64,000 nucleotides of DNA from Candidatus Chisholmbacteria bacterium (GTDB lineage Bacteria; Patescibacteriota; Microgenomatia; UBA1400; Chisholmbacteraceae): NCBI GenBank assembly GCA_963704905.1, contig CAVPHZ010000002.1:139011-203010 (forward strand), written 5' to 3'. The translations under genes and the position numbers were made by a program. The notes below the pieces were generated by a model that saw only the letters and a list, made by a program, of their open reading frames with translations, had not been told where the DNA came from and did not search any database. Shown here in pieces: positions 30,247-39,648 of the stretch. Position 1 is the first letter of the stretch, and each line of letters starts with the position of its first letter.

Positions 30247-32094
30247 ATGAGCAGTGATATTCAACATTTAAAACAACTAGCAAAACTCATTCGCTACTGG
30301 ATACTTCTTTCAACTACTGAGGCAGGATCAGGTCACCCGACATCCTCTCTTTCTGCAGTTGAGCTTATGGTGAGTCTTATGTTTGGAGGGTTCTTTAAAT
30401 TTGATCTTAAACATCCGGATAATCCAAACAATGATAGGTTAATATTTTCAAAAGGTCATGCTAGTCCACTGTTTTACTCGCTCTACGCAGCGGCAGGAGA
30501 ACTCAATGAAGCTGATCTGAAACAATTGAGGAAATTCACAAGTCAATTGGAAGGTCATCCTACTCCTAAATTTCCTTATGCTGAAGTCGCAACTGGATCC
30601 TTGGGACAGGGATTATCTATCGGTGTCGGAATGGCGCTCAATGCCAAATATCTCGACAAGCTTCCCTACAGAACATATGTCCTACTCGGTGATAGTGAGT
30701 TTTCAGAAGGATCAAACTGGGAAGCTCTTCAAATTGCCAGCCACTACAAGCTCAATAATCTTATCGGGATTCTGGATGTCAACAGGTTAGGACAGAGAGG
30801 TGAAACTATGCATGGACACAACATCAGTGCATTCAAAAATCGAATAGGTGCATTTAACTGGAATACGATCACTGTAGATGGGCACGACTTTGATGACATT
30901 GAACTAGCATACCAAGAAGCACAAAAAGACAAAAAAGCACCAATCATGATCATTGCCAAAACCTTCAAAGGAAAAGGCATTAGCTTCCTTGAAAACCAGG
31001 AAAATTGGCATGGGAAATCGTTATCAGAGGGAGAATTCAAAAAGGCCAAGCAGGAACTTGGTGGCGTTGACAAAAATATTCGAGGAACCATTTCAAGTCC
31101 AATAGAACATCATTTATCGATAGCACCACAAAGTACAACACAATCATTTCCATCTTTTAAAAAAGGTGTAAATATTGCGACCAGAAAAGCATATGGAATT
31201 ACCCTCGCCAAATTAGGATATCAGAATCCAAACATTGTCTCTCTTGATGCGGAGGTCTGTAATTCCACCTACGCAAATATATTTGCTAAACATCATCCAA
31301 CCCGATTTTTTGAAATGTATATCGCAGAGCAGAATATGGTTTCCGCGGCACTTGGACTGAGTCGTCGAGGAAAAATTCCATTTGTCTCTACATTCGCATC
31401 ATTCTTAACCCGGGCATATGACCAGATTCGCATGGCGCAGTACTCAGCTTCAAATATCAAGCTGGTTGGTTCTCATGCGGGAGTTTCAATTGGAGAAGAT
31501 GGTCCATCTCAAATGGGGCTTGAGGACATCGCCATGATGCGAGCAGTCGGTGGAAGCGTCGTCTTGTATCCATCGGATGCAGTTTCAACAGAAATCTTAG
31601 TCCGCCTCGCTTCCGAATATCAGGGGATGGTGTATTTGAGAACCACTCGCTCTGTCACTCCAGTAATTTACACGTACAACCAAGTATTTTTGATTGGAGG
31701 AAGTCAAACAGTGAAACAGAGTAGTAGTGACGCGGTCACGCTTATCGCAGCTGGAATCACGCTACACGAATCGTTAAAAGCATTTGAGATGCTCAGTAAC
31801 GATGGCATTACGGCACGCGTCATTGATCTTTACTCGATAAAACCAATTGATACGAAGGCGCTTAAAAAAGCCGCTTCCGAAACGAGTAAACTCATAGTTA
31901 TAGAAGATCATCACCCAGAGGGCGGAATGGCTGAAGCGGTCCGAACTGCTGTTGGGAATACGGGTGTACCAATTCATTCGCTCGCGGTTAGAAAGATGCC
32001 AATGAGCGGAACGCGAGAAGAGCTTCTCGATTACGAAGAGATTTCCGCCAATGCGATTGTACGTAGGGTAAAAGAAATCGTTTCTACAGCTTAG
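30247..32094 (+). CDS. tkt: Transketolase (single chain)
   Basis: SGHPTSSLS, SKGHASP, TGSLGQG, GDSE...N TPP motif, IAEQNM, GEDGPSQ. Confidence 0.94.
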   Translation: MSSDIQHLKQLAKLIRYWILLSTTEAGSGHPTSSLSAVELMVSLMFGGFFKFDLKHPDNPNNDRLIFSKGHASPLFYSLYAAAGELNEADLKQLRKFTSQLEGHPTPKFPYAEVATGSLGQGLSIGVGMALNAKYLDKLPYRTYVLLGDSEFSEGSNWEALQIASHYKLNNLIGILDVNRLGQRGETMHGHNISAFKNRIGAFNWNTITVDGHDFDDIELAYQEAQKDKKAPIMIIAKTFKGKGISFLENQENWHGKSLSEGEFKKAKQELGGVDKNIRGTISSPIEHHLSIAPQSTTQSFPSFKKGVNIATRKAYGITLAKLGYQNPNIVSLDAEVCNSTYANIFAKHHPTRFFEMYIAEQNMVSAALGLSRRGKIPFVSTFASFLTRAYDQIRMAQYSASNIKLVGSHAGVSIGEDGPSQMGLEDIAMMRAVGGSVVLYPSDAVSTEILVRLASEYQGMVYLRTTRSVTPVIYTYNQVFLIGGSQTVKQSSSDAVTLIAAGITLHESLKAFEMLSNDGITARVIDLYSIKPIDTKALKKAASETSKLIVIEDHHPEGGMAEAVRTAVGNTGVPIHSLAVRKMPMSGTREELLDYEEISANAIVRRVKEIVSTA

Positions 32095-32152
32095 GACAAA
32101 TAACTTCAAACCCTAATCGTGATCTCTAACTCAAACCTGATATAGTAAAATA

Positions 32153-34642
32153 ATGGATACGCTGCCGAGAAACCAACGCATTTGGAGTATTGATCTGCTG
32201 AGAGGATTTTTTCTTCTTACCATGATCATCGCTCACTCCATTTTCTTCTTCCACGCCAAATCACATCCATTGCTTCAAATCACCAATGCAATTACAGACT
32301 TTATAAGCTTCACCGGACTTTTACTTGCTTCAGGAGCGGCAGGATATGTTGCCTATATTCACAAACGCCACCCAACGCACAGTGTAATAACTCGCGTTCT
32401 GAAGCGATTATCGGTGTATCTTATCGGTTACTACTTTCTTTCAATCATGGGTTCATCTCTGGTCGATGGCTGGAGTCTCAAAAATATTTTTCAAATTGTA
32501 AGTTTCCAAAAACTTGTGTATTTTACTGAGTTTATTGTTCCGTTGATGCTTTTTGGATTGCTGAAAATTCCACTACGGTTTTTTTATGACAAAATTGCCA
32601 GATCGTGGCTGGCTATTTTTTTTATCTCAGTCCTAGCATATTCCGTTGGTGTGTATGGATCCAGTGCCACGATACCCATCATTCCCACTGCATGGAAGGC
32701 GATTCTTGTTGGTGAACCAGGGTATTATAGTTTTCCATTATTTCAATACACTCCAGTATATTTACTCGGTGTGTTAATCGGAAGACAATTTTGGAAACAT
32801 TTCTCAGACAAGAAAACCTCAAAACTTCTCTTCTCACTCGCTGCATCAAGTAGTTTAGTCTTAGCGTTGTTAGGAATAACTGCATTCACTGGAAATGATA
32901 TATCCCTGCAGCTCCTACAGCGTTGGCCTCCGAGTCTTGCCTTCATCCTAGCGAGTACCAGCATAGCGTTGGCCATTCTCGGTATTTTTATAATTCGTCA
33001 TGATCTACGCAATGCTCAAATAACCAGGACGGTTCTTCTCATTCTTGGTCAAAATGCCTATGCTATCTACTTTGTTCATACAATACTCGTATTTCTCTAC
33101 CGAGGATTTGGCTTCCCTCAGGCACATTCACTCCTTCTCACATTTGCCTTGTCGCTTTCATCACTGGTTATAGCACTCTATGGTGCAAAAATTCTTCCCT
33201 TCAATTTCTCTTTCACACTCTCACTTGTCAATTGGTGTGAATGTAAGCTCGGGTACTGTACGCATGCCCAAGAAAATCGTTTGATTCGAAACATGAAACG
33301 ATTGATTTTTGGTCTTCCTTCACTTTCAGATGTTTTTTCTGTTCAAATTGGTCATCGAAAATTCAGACTGTTCAAAACCCGATCCTTCGCTATTGCAACT
33401 GCAATGATCTTAGTTACTGCCATACCGCTTGGAATTGCTGAAAATGACTTATTCTTTCAACGAAGCATTAGCTCAACGACTGGAAACCTAAATCGTTCAT
33501 GGTTTTTAACCACAAATGCAAACAACACTGTTGTCTATACGATCAATATCCCAGATCAGGTTCTCATTGGTCAGTCAGCTGTAAGCGTTTTTTACAGTAT
33601 AGATGGCGGTGAGTTGATAAAAATGAATCGGGAAGGGAAAAGTTGGAGTAAATCAATCGATCTTAGTAGTTTTGATACGGGAGAATATCGGGTAGTTGGA
33701 TCGGTTGACATAAATGGTCGACGTTATAAGACAAAAATCTCTACGTATACGATTTCAGAGCCACTCTATGTAACTTGGACAATTGATTGGGAAGGATATG
33801 ATGCCAGTCAAACGTACTTGGATGCACTTTCACAAATTGCCGACACGCATAATATTCCTATGACGCATCTATTTAATCCACGAATATATACATCTGATGA
33901 TATGGAATCCGGAAGAGCCGACTATCTCACCGATTGGGTAAAGAGACGTCAAGCCATCAAAGGTGAAGAAGTTGGATTACATCTACACATGTTCCCGGAC
34001 TTTGTTGAAGAGGCTGGTGTTGAGCCTAAAACTGAACCCATTTGGGGAGGCGGTTTTACTCCAGGATATGACATTCTTACAACGGCATATTCGTATGAGC
34101 AAATGAAGACCATCCTTAATTACGGAAAGAAATTGTTAGAAGAAAAGGGGCTTGGAACACCGCGTTCCTACAGAGCTGGGGCATGGTTTGCCAATGGCGA
34201 CACATTAAAAGCACTAGACGATACTGGATTTCTCGTTGATAGCTCGGGGAGAACCAGCTACACATTTGGTACCAATAATGTGACAGGATTTTGGGACCTG
34301 TCTCCTTCAACTCAGCCATACTATCCATCAACTTCAGATCAGAACAGCCCTGTACCTCCGCCAACTCTCAATATCCTGGAGATACCAAACAATGGAGCTG
34401 ACTCATTTGCATTTTCGTCCGAAGACATGATCGAACGATTCAACCTCAATTATTCTGGGGGTGCATTACACTCAGCCAAACAACTTACATTTCTTTCTCA
34501 TCCACATTGGTTTAATAACTCGCGACAGCAGGCTATGAAAGATGTCTTTGAATACACCGATAAAAGAAGTTACGATCAGGACCTTGGACCGGTGGTTTAT
34601 GTTACGCTTCAAGATGTCTACCAAGCTTGGCAGCAACAATAG
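32153..34642 (+). CDS. Fusion of an OpgC/DUF1624-like acyltransferase membrane domain and a polysaccharide deacetylase-like domain
   Basis: RIWSIDLLRG..MIIAH with ~10 TM; C-terminal TIDWEG, EVGLHLH, SYRAGAW, SHPH. Confidence 0.7.
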   Translation: MDTLPRNQRIWSIDLLRGFFLLTMIIAHSIFFFHAKSHPLLQITNAITDFISFTGLLLASGAAGYVAYIHKRHPTHSVITRVLKRLSVYLIGYYFLSIMGSSLVDGWSLKNIFQIVSFQKLVYFTEFIVPLMLFGLLKIPLRFFYDKIARSWLAIFFISVLAYSVGVYGSSATIPIIPTAWKAILVGEPGYYSFPLFQYTPVYLLGVLIGRQFWKHFSDKKTSKLLFSLAASSSLVLALLGITAFTGNDISLQLLQRWPPSLAFILASTSIALAILGIFIIRHDLRNAQITRTVLLILGQNAYAIYFVHTILVFLYRGFGFPQAHSLLLTFALSLSSLVIALYGAKILPFNFSFTLSLVNWCECKLGYCTHAQENRLIRNMKRLIFGLPSLSDVFSVQIGHRKFRLFKTRSFAIATAMILVTAIPLGIAENDLFFQRSISSTTGNLNRSWFLTTNANNTVVYTINIPDQVLIGQSAVSVFYSIDGGELIKMNREGKSWSKSIDLSSFDTGEYRVVGSVDINGRRYKTKISTYTISEPLYVTWTIDWEGYDASQTYLDALSQIADTHNIPMTHLFNPRIYTSDDMESGRADYLTDWVKRRQAIKGEEVGLHLHMFPDFVEEAGVEPKTEPIWGGGFTPGYDILTTAYSYEQMKTILNYGKKLLEEKGLGTPRSYRAGAWFANGDTLKALDDTGFLVDSSGRTSYTFGTNNVTGFWDLSPSTQPYYPSTSDQNSPVPPPTLNILEIPNNGADSFAFSSEDMIERFNLNYSGGALHSAKQLTFLSHPHWFNNSRQQAMKDVFEYTDKRSYDQDLGPVVYVTLQDVYQAWQQQ

Positions 34643-34651
34643 AAGAGAATA

Positions 34652-36703
34652 ATGCTATCAATGATCGAAATCGCGACTACTCTAATGAGTTCACAATTAC
34701 TTGAGCTGTATCTTATAGTAATCACTCTCACCTCAGCCATTATTTGGGTAGTTCATGTCGCATTCAAGCTAAGCCAGAGTACATCAAGTGAAAAAGGAGA
34801 TTCTTTAGCGAATCTCCGAGAAGTTGAAAAAAAGTTTTGGCCAGTGCAAATATCGCTCGTTCTGTTGTTCGCTGTTGTTCTCGGTATATTATTCATTCCA
34901 GTTCCAGAGATTGTGTCACCCAGCGCGCCGATGTTTGAAAGTATTGAGGTTTCAAATAGTAATCCTCTGGTGATTCAGTTCAGTAGACCCATCGCAGCCA
35001 ACATAAGAGCAACAATGAGTCCGAATGTTCCAGGAGACTGGCAAAATGAGAAGAAGTCAACCATTGCATTTCTTAATGATCAACTTGTATTTCATCCGTC
35101 GCGGACGCTTACACCAGAAACAGAATATGTCATTGAGATCGAAAACATTTCCCCACTGGCATTCCAAGAATTTCGAAGCGCATCTCGGTATTTATTTGTA
35201 CTCAAAACACCTTCACTTCCCCAAGTTCAAAGCATATATCCCGTAGAAAACGTCAAAATTCATCAACCGATAGAGATTACGCTCTCTAGACCATCCGATT
35301 TTAACGTTGAATGGTCCGCTGAGATTACCCCACGAATCGAATTTGAACTCGCATTTGGAGACGATCGAACCAAAGCTTGGATTGAGCCACTTCAGCCATT
35401 TGTCCAGGGTGTTACGTATGTTGTGCGATTGTTTAGAGCGCCAATCATCTTTGACTACGAAGAAAATCGTTCACTTCAAAATTTCGATAGAGAGTTCGTA
35501 AAAGAATTTACTCTTCAAACCGTTGAATCACCCAGTATCGATGCAATTAGTCCGATTGGAAGGTCTTTGTTTCCATCAGAACCACTCATCCTAAAGTTTC
35601 AAGAACCAATGGACAAAACTTCTGTTGAATCAGCACTAACTATTTCACCCAATGTAGAGTTATCATTCTCATGGGAAAATGATAATCTAGTAAATATTAT
35701 CCCATTTCAGGGTTGGGAAAAGGATACGGAGTACACAGTATCCATAAACAAAACTGCACAGACCCATGTTGGCGGTGTATTTGAAGATGAAGTTAGTCAT
35801 GGGTTTAAAACTGTAGGTAGCGTACAAGTATTGAGTGTCATTCCAGAGAACCAAACCCAAAACGCTCCTGTAGACACGAATATCACAATTAACTTTGATC
35901 AACCGGTAGTCCAAACCGATGTACAAAATAAGCTAACCATACTCCCTCCAATTGAAGGAAGCTTGAGTTGGCAAGACGACAATACCGTAACCATTTCTTT
36001 ATCCTCAGATTTAAACTACAACCAGCTCTACACAATAACGCTTGAAAAGGGTATTAAGTCTATCCATGGATCGGACTCCAAAGAAAAAATAACTTCATCA
36101 TTCAAAACCGTTCCAAAAACCTTCGTGCTTGACGTACCGCTCTATAAGCAGCATCACAGCTTCACCTGCTTTTCTATTGCAGCCAAGATGGCACTCGGCT
36201 ATCGAGGTATTACAGGCATTGACGAAATCGGATTCATGAATGAAATTGGGTATGACAGCACACCTAGAAACTTTACCACCAATAGCTGGGGAGATCCAAA
36301 CCTAGGTGTAGTCGGAACCTATAACGGCTCCGGACCTGGTGGGTATGGAGCGCATTGGGGACCAGTATCAAACGCGCTGAGTAAGTATAGAAATGTTGAG
36401 GTAAAAAGAAACTGGAATATTAAAAGCTTGCTCGAAACAGTCCGGCAAGGAAATCCAGTCATGGTTTGGTGGGTTAACGGCGTATGGCCAGCCAAAGATG
36501 TATCCTGGTTTGCTCCAAGCGGAGAAAAGGTCTACACGGTCAACGGCATGCATGTCGAGGTGATCAAGGGCTGGGTTGGAGATCAACAAAATCCTGACTA
36601 CATTCTTACCAACGATCCCTGGAGGGGAAATAGAAGATATACTCAGAGTCAATTTCTCAATCTCTGGAAGTGGTTTAGCAATACCGGAGTAATTGTCTAC
36701 TGA
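34652..36703 (+). CDS. Membrane-anchored Ig-like (Big_5/SbsA) repeat protein with a C39-like cysteine peptidase domain
   Basis: Two TM, repeated I.F..P modules; LDVPLYKQ...TC, MHVEVIKG, NDPW (Cys-His-Asp). Confidence 0.78.
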   Translation: MLSMIEIATTLMSSQLLELYLIVITLTSAIIWVVHVAFKLSQSTSSEKGDSLANLREVEKKFWPVQISLVLLFAVVLGILFIPVPEIVSPSAPMFESIEVSNSNPLVIQFSRPIAANIRATMSPNVPGDWQNEKKSTIAFLNDQLVFHPSRTLTPETEYVIEIENISPLAFQEFRSASRYLFVLKTPSLPQVQSIYPVENVKIHQPIEITLSRPSDFNVEWSAEITPRIEFELAFGDDRTKAWIEPLQPFVQGVTYVVRLFRAPIIFDYEENRSLQNFDREFVKEFTLQTVESPSIDAISPIGRSLFPSEPLILKFQEPMDKTSVESALTISPNVELSFSWENDNLVNIIPFQGWEKDTEYTVSINKTAQTHVGGVFEDEVSHGFKTVGSVQVLSVIPENQTQNAPVDTNITINFDQPVVQTDVQNKLTILPPIEGSLSWQDDNTVTISLSSDLNYNQLYTITLEKGIKSIHGSDSKEKITSSFKTVPKTFVLDVPLYKQHHSFTCFSIAAKMALGYRGITGIDEIGFMNEIGYDSTPRNFTTNSWGDPNLGVVGTYNGSGPGGYGAHWGPVSNALSKYRNVEVKRNWNIKSLLETVRQGNPVMVWWVNGVWPAKDVSWFAPSGEKVYTVNGMHVEVIKGWVGDQQNPDYILTNDPWRGNRRYTQSQFLNLWKWFSNTGVIVY

Positions 36704-37843
36704 CCATCATCCCCAATCTCATCAGAGTTCTGACTAAGTGATATGCATCCAGCTAAATATCGCTCCTCAACTGATCGGTGTATTTCGCAATTATCGACAC
36801 GAGTAGCCGCCGCAATTTGCCGCATTCGTTTTGGAATAGAAATAGTCCAGCTTGAGTATAAATGAATTATTCCAATGAGTAGAAGATTGGCGATTACGAT
36901 CTTTTGCATCAGCTTGTGATTTTCTAGCCCGGAAAACAACATCAAAACAAAAAAGGGGAGTACTGGTAACCAATAGTGATGAAAAGGTCTGGTCAGAGTA
37001 AAGCTAATAAAAACACCGAGCATTCCGAATGGATATAGGTTCTTTCGAAAAATAGATGAATTCTTCGCCAGCATCAAACAAAACGACACAATAAGTGGGA
37101 ACACTGGGAAGAGAAGCATCGGTAGCGTACGTAATGTTACAAAAATGGAAAAAGGTCGGTAGTCATGTAGGTTAAACAGAACGACTGAATGAAATGCCTG
37201 GTTGAGCGCATCTGAGAACCAGAGAAACAGGACGATGGGAATGACTACAATAGCCATACCAGCGAACATGAATATAAGGTTCCGAACCTTATATTGTCGT
37301 TGGGAAAGGAAAATACCAATATATACAAGTAACGCTAACAAAGCTGTTTGTTTAAAGAGAATGGCTAAACCGAGAAATAATCCACCGATCAACAATCTTA
37401 GGCTTGAATATTGATATTGAAAATTGAGGTATGAAAGCAGTAAAAACAAAATCATAAAGGGCTCTGCAAGTGCGAAAGTACCATTAAAAACCGGAAGCAG
37501 TGACAGGAAACTAACTGATGCAAACAAGGCCTGTTTAGTAGTAAATTGAAATCTAGCTACAAGGTAGACAATACCAGATGATAAAAGATTGACGTACAGT
37601 ACAGCGACACGAAACCACCACAGAGTCGTAGAGAGGGATGTCGGACAATTGTGAAAAGAGATAATGGATTCCTGGAGATTTATGGTCAAAAACATCACGA
37701 TACATCACCGAACCGTCTCGTAGTTGACGGGCGATCAGTAAAAACACTCCCTCATCATGATGAAGGGGAAAAAACAGAGACACTACGTGCATCAGCAGAG
37801 CTAATACTGCGAGAATCGCAATAATCACATTTGAACGATTCAA
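36697..37843 (-). CDS. GT-C (ArnT/PMT-like) glycosyltransferase with an internal frameshift near 37610-37645
   Basis: HDEGVF...YRDVFDHKSPG in one frame continues as WWFRVAV...AEPF...KQT...HHYW in another; probable TTG start at 37843. Confidence 0.72.
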
Positions 37844-37853
37844 CGAAAAGAAA

Positions 37854-38021
37854 TTATGGTGTTGAGATGAAGTAGTTTGTAACTGCAAGGAAGGTAACCA
37901 CTCCGATAACCGTGAGTATTGCGACAAGTACTAGAGCTAATACAATATACCGAGTTTGTGAGTTCTTAAGATCAGAAGCTTTTAATTTCTCTGGTCTTGC
38001 ACCTTTAAATTCTTCCGTCAT
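37854..38021 (-). CDS. Small single-TM protein, 55 aa (MTEEFKGARPEKLKASDLKNSQTRYIVLALVLVAILTVIGVVTFLAVTNYFISTP)
   Basis: Manual translation; TGA-TATACT ends 6 nt before the ATG (leaderless-type promoter). Confidence 0.7.
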   Translation of the reverse strand: MTEEFKGARPEKLKASDLKNSQTRYIVLALVLVAILTVIGVVTFLAVTNYFISTP

Positions 38022-38072
38022 AAATCGAGTATATCATGATCAACTTACCGAGTTTTAGTAAATGAAGTTCAG

Positions 38073-38225
38073 TTAAATGCCCACTAAGACGATATAAAAA
38101 GCAAACAGTACGACTAGAACTGAGAGAATCACCACGGTGAACAAAACGACAGTATGAAAATATTCGTATTGTCCTGAAGCTGTTTTACCGACGAATTTTC
38201 TATAAAATCGATCCAAAAACTTCAT
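38073..38225 (-). CDS. Small single-TM protein, 50 aa (MKFLDRFYRKFVGKTASGQYEYFHTVVLFTVVILSVLVVLFAFYIVLVGI)
   Basis: Manual translation; TATAAT ends 7 nt before the ATG. Confidence 0.68.
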   Translation of the reverse strand: MKFLDRFYRKFVGKTASGQYEYFHTVVLFTVVILSVLVVLFAFYIVLVGI

Positions 38226-38349
38226 GGGTTATATTATACAAACTTAAACACCTGAAGAATATACTAGAGACAGCCAGAAGGAGTGTCTGGTATAATCAAT
38301 CAGGAAAATACATTAATTGGGTTTACCTCTTAAAATATGTAAATTTTAA

Positions 38350-38421
38350 GGGCCCGTAGCTCAGAGGCAGAGCGACAGCCTTTTAAGCTGTGCGTCGAAG
38401 GTTCGAATCCTTCCGGGCTCA
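38350..38421 (+). tRNA. tRNA-Lys(TTT)
   Basis: GGGCCCG...ACAGC-CTTTTAA-GCTGT...GGTTCGAATCC...CGGGCTC-A. Confidence 0.95.
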
Positions 38422-38456
38422 CAAAAAGTTAGCCAGCCGCGTACGATGTTAAACGC

Positions 38457-38529
38457 GGCCCCATCGTCTAATGGCTCAGGACATCAGGTTTTCATCCTGA
38501 AAATCAGGGTTCGATTCCCTGTGGGGTCA
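38457..38529 (+). tRNA. tRNA-Glu(TTC)
   Basis: GGCCCCA...TCAGG-TTTTCAT-CCTGA...GGTTCGATTCC...TGGGGTC-A. Confidence 0.95.
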
Positions 38530-38537
38530 CAGAAAAT

Positions 38538-38562
38538 GATCGGCTTTATGTCGATCTTTTTT
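38538..38562 (+). terminator. Intrinsic terminator after tRNA-Glu
   Basis: GATCGGC-TTTAT-GTCGATC-TTTTTT. Confidence 0.75.
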
Positions 38563-38590
38563 GTGAATCTCATGGTGTGAATTGAATCTC

Positions 38591-38641
38591 CAGGGTTCGT
38601 TTACCCTGAGAGCAATCGAAGGGATTCCCTGTGGGGTCACA
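38591..38641 (+). repeat. Copy of the tRNA-Glu 3' end with a 24-nt REP-like hairpin in the T-loop
   Basis: CAGGGTTCG[TTTACCCTGAGAGCAATCGAAGGG]ATTCCCTGTGGGGTCACA; flanks identical to the tRNA-Glu 3' end. Confidence 0.85.
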
Positions 38642-38930
38642 TTAAAGTTTATTTAGATTAAAACAAGCGTAATTTTATATCGGAAACGGGATACTAAAAG
38701 AAGAATATACTACGCCTATAAAACAAGTTTTTTGGAATATTTCGAGCACATATTGTAATTATGTGATTTTCTGATATATTAATACAGTTAATTCTTTTGA
38801 AATATTGGACTGCTATCTAAAGATATTTTAGTCGATCTTCTTCAAGGTTTTCCGCTTCAAAGGTACCTGGAAGCAAAACAGACAAATTCTCAAATAGTTT
38901 TTCCAGACAATGAACAGGAGGTGAAAAGAA

Positions 38931-39260
38931 ATGGCAACCAAACTATATGTTGGTAACCTTAACTATGATGTAACCAGCGATCAGCTAGGAGAACATTTTG
39001 CTCAAGCAGGAACAGTTGTTGAAGCGAATGTGATCAGTGACCGGTTTTCAGGTCGATCAAAGGGCTTCGGCTTCGTAGAAATGGGAAGTGAGGAAGAGGC
39101 AAAGAAAGCGATTGAGATGTTTAATGATAAAGATTTTGGAGGAAGAAATATTGTTGTAAATGAAGCTCGACCCAAGAGAGAACCCGGTTCAGATTTCGGC
39201 GGACGCGGTGGTGGCGGTGGTGACAGACGCGGCGGCGGCGGAGGCGGAAGAAGTTATTAA
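38931..39260 (+). CDS. RRM RNA-binding protein with Gly/Arg-rich tail
   Basis: RNP2 LYVGNL, RNP1 KGFGFVEM, GGRGGGGG tail; SD AGGAGGTG. Confidence 0.95.
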   Translation: MATKLYVGNLNYDVTSDQLGEHFAQAGTVVEANVISDRFSGRSKGFGFVEMGSEEEAKKAIEMFNDKDFGGRNIVVNEARPKREPGSDFGGRGGGGGDRRGGGGGGRSY

Positions 39261-39559
39261 ATCTTATTTACCAACGTCCATAAAAGCGTGAATAGAATTT
39301 GTGGATGGCTGCAAATTCATCCTACAAAATAGTAGTATTGTTTGAGAAAGAAATTATTTCAAATAAGTTCAGTGGATTAGTGCTGAGTAAAGATGAAATA
39401 TTCGATATCATAAATTCTACATAAATTCACTACAAATCATCCTCTCTTTTGGGGATGTTTTGTTTTCTTATCAATATTTACATCTCGTGATAATTGGAAT
39501 CACCTGTGGAGATCAGTAATCAACGGCTCGTCACGTGCGAATGGAGTAAGCTATACGCT

Positions 39560-39648
39560 GGCCTAAAGTCAAGTGGCTCAGGACAACAGGTTTTCATCCT
39601 GAAAATCAGGGTTCGTTTATCCTGATAGCCATTGAAAAGATTCTCTGT
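39560..39648 (+). pseudogene. Degenerate tRNA-Glu(TTC) copy with a degenerate 24-nt T-loop insert
   Basis: GGCC..GTC..TGGCTCAGGACAACAGGTTTTCATCCTGAAAATCAGGGTTCG[TTTATCCTGATAGCCATTGAAAAG]ATTCTCTGT; 3' acceptor strand lost. Confidence 0.82.

Noticed and set aside
39197-39250. GGC/GGT tandem repeats
   Set aside because: They encode the ordinary Gly-rich tail of the RRM protein.
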